DNA from: Vitrella brassicaformis CCMP3155
Taxonomy: Eukaryota; Protista; Chromerida
Length of the DNA: 53,565 nucleotides
Assembly (NCBI GenBank): GCA_001179505.1
Contig: CDMY01000549.1
Coordinates: forward strand, 1-53,565
Direction of reading: 5' to 3'
In this document: piece after piece, positions 53,201-53,565 of the stretch
How positions within the stretch are numbered: position 1 is the first letter of the stretch
How the letters are laid out: every line of letters starts with the position of its first letter
Position numbers and translations under genes: made by a program
Notes under the pieces: generated by a model
The model's input: only the letters and a program-made list of their open reading frames with translations
Database searches by the model: none
What the model was told of the DNA's origin: nothing

Positions 53201-53565
53201 TCCTTGGCGCGCACTGGCGGTGGCGAGAGGGGAGCGGCCGGAGGGGTGGGAGCAGCTGGGGCGGGCGGGGGCACCGTGGACGACTTGGACTGCTGGTTGG
53301 CATTGATTCGCGGACGGCCGGCGCAGTCATCGCCGTCCCAGCCGCACTCCTCTGAGAAGCACTCCATGTCGCAGACCGTGTCGTTAAACCAGTGTGACGG
53401 GCAATCCCCATTGCAGCCGGAGGGAATCGACGAGGGGGACCCTGATGCTGACACACACACACACACACACACACACAGATGCATGAGCACGTGTACGTGT
53501 GTATTTCGTACCTTGCAGCCGCCTCCTGCGCTGTGTGATCTTCCTGATGTGGCTGCTGCTCCCCC
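50296..53565 (-). CDS. Adhesin paralog, 5'-truncated by the window end: 2x LNR - EGF-like - 6x TSP1 - terminal LNR plus Q/P/A-rich tail (no SUEL lectin)
   Basis: Inverted exon-by-exon homology to 16838-19081. The TSP3+TSP4 exon set occurs twice (about 51315-51855 and 50695-51250). The final exon CSGMCRSQYWYADGMCDPECFTEECGWDGGDC ends at TGA 50296-50298. Confidence 0.85.

Overview
Gene-dense, very intron-rich eukaryotic nuclear DNA with microsatellite-filled introns and two 300-N gaps. I infer a chromerid alga such as Vitrella from the intron style, a gene with a bipartite plastid-targeting presequence and apicomplexan-like adhesins; this needs confirmation. All genes were spliced by hand from GT-AG boundaries, so exon edges and several start codons are approximate. 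Left part: a DUF2415-type WD40 gene, VPS51, nucleolin, and an aspartate aminotransferase with an apparent N-terminal RIIa/Dpy-30-like docking domain. Then a secreted LNR-EGF-TSP1-EGF-SUEL lectin adhesin and a plastid-targeted CbbY. Centre: two kinase-ankyrin paralogs flank a ZIP transporter pseudogene and an ankyrin-calpain-7 fusion whose protease half is disrupted. Right part: a hypothetical gene, two single-long-exon ankyrin paralogs, a PAP2 phosphatase, an archaemetzincin, a small RING protein, and an inverted, domain-shuffled copy of the adhesin. Both window ends fall in inverted copies of the adhesin locus. Top leads: the docking-domain-AspAT fusion, the shuffled adhesin family in inverted repeats, the ankyrin-calpain fusion, and (AC)n...(GT)n introns that could fold. 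I recognised no tRNA, rRNA, CRISPR array or transposase.
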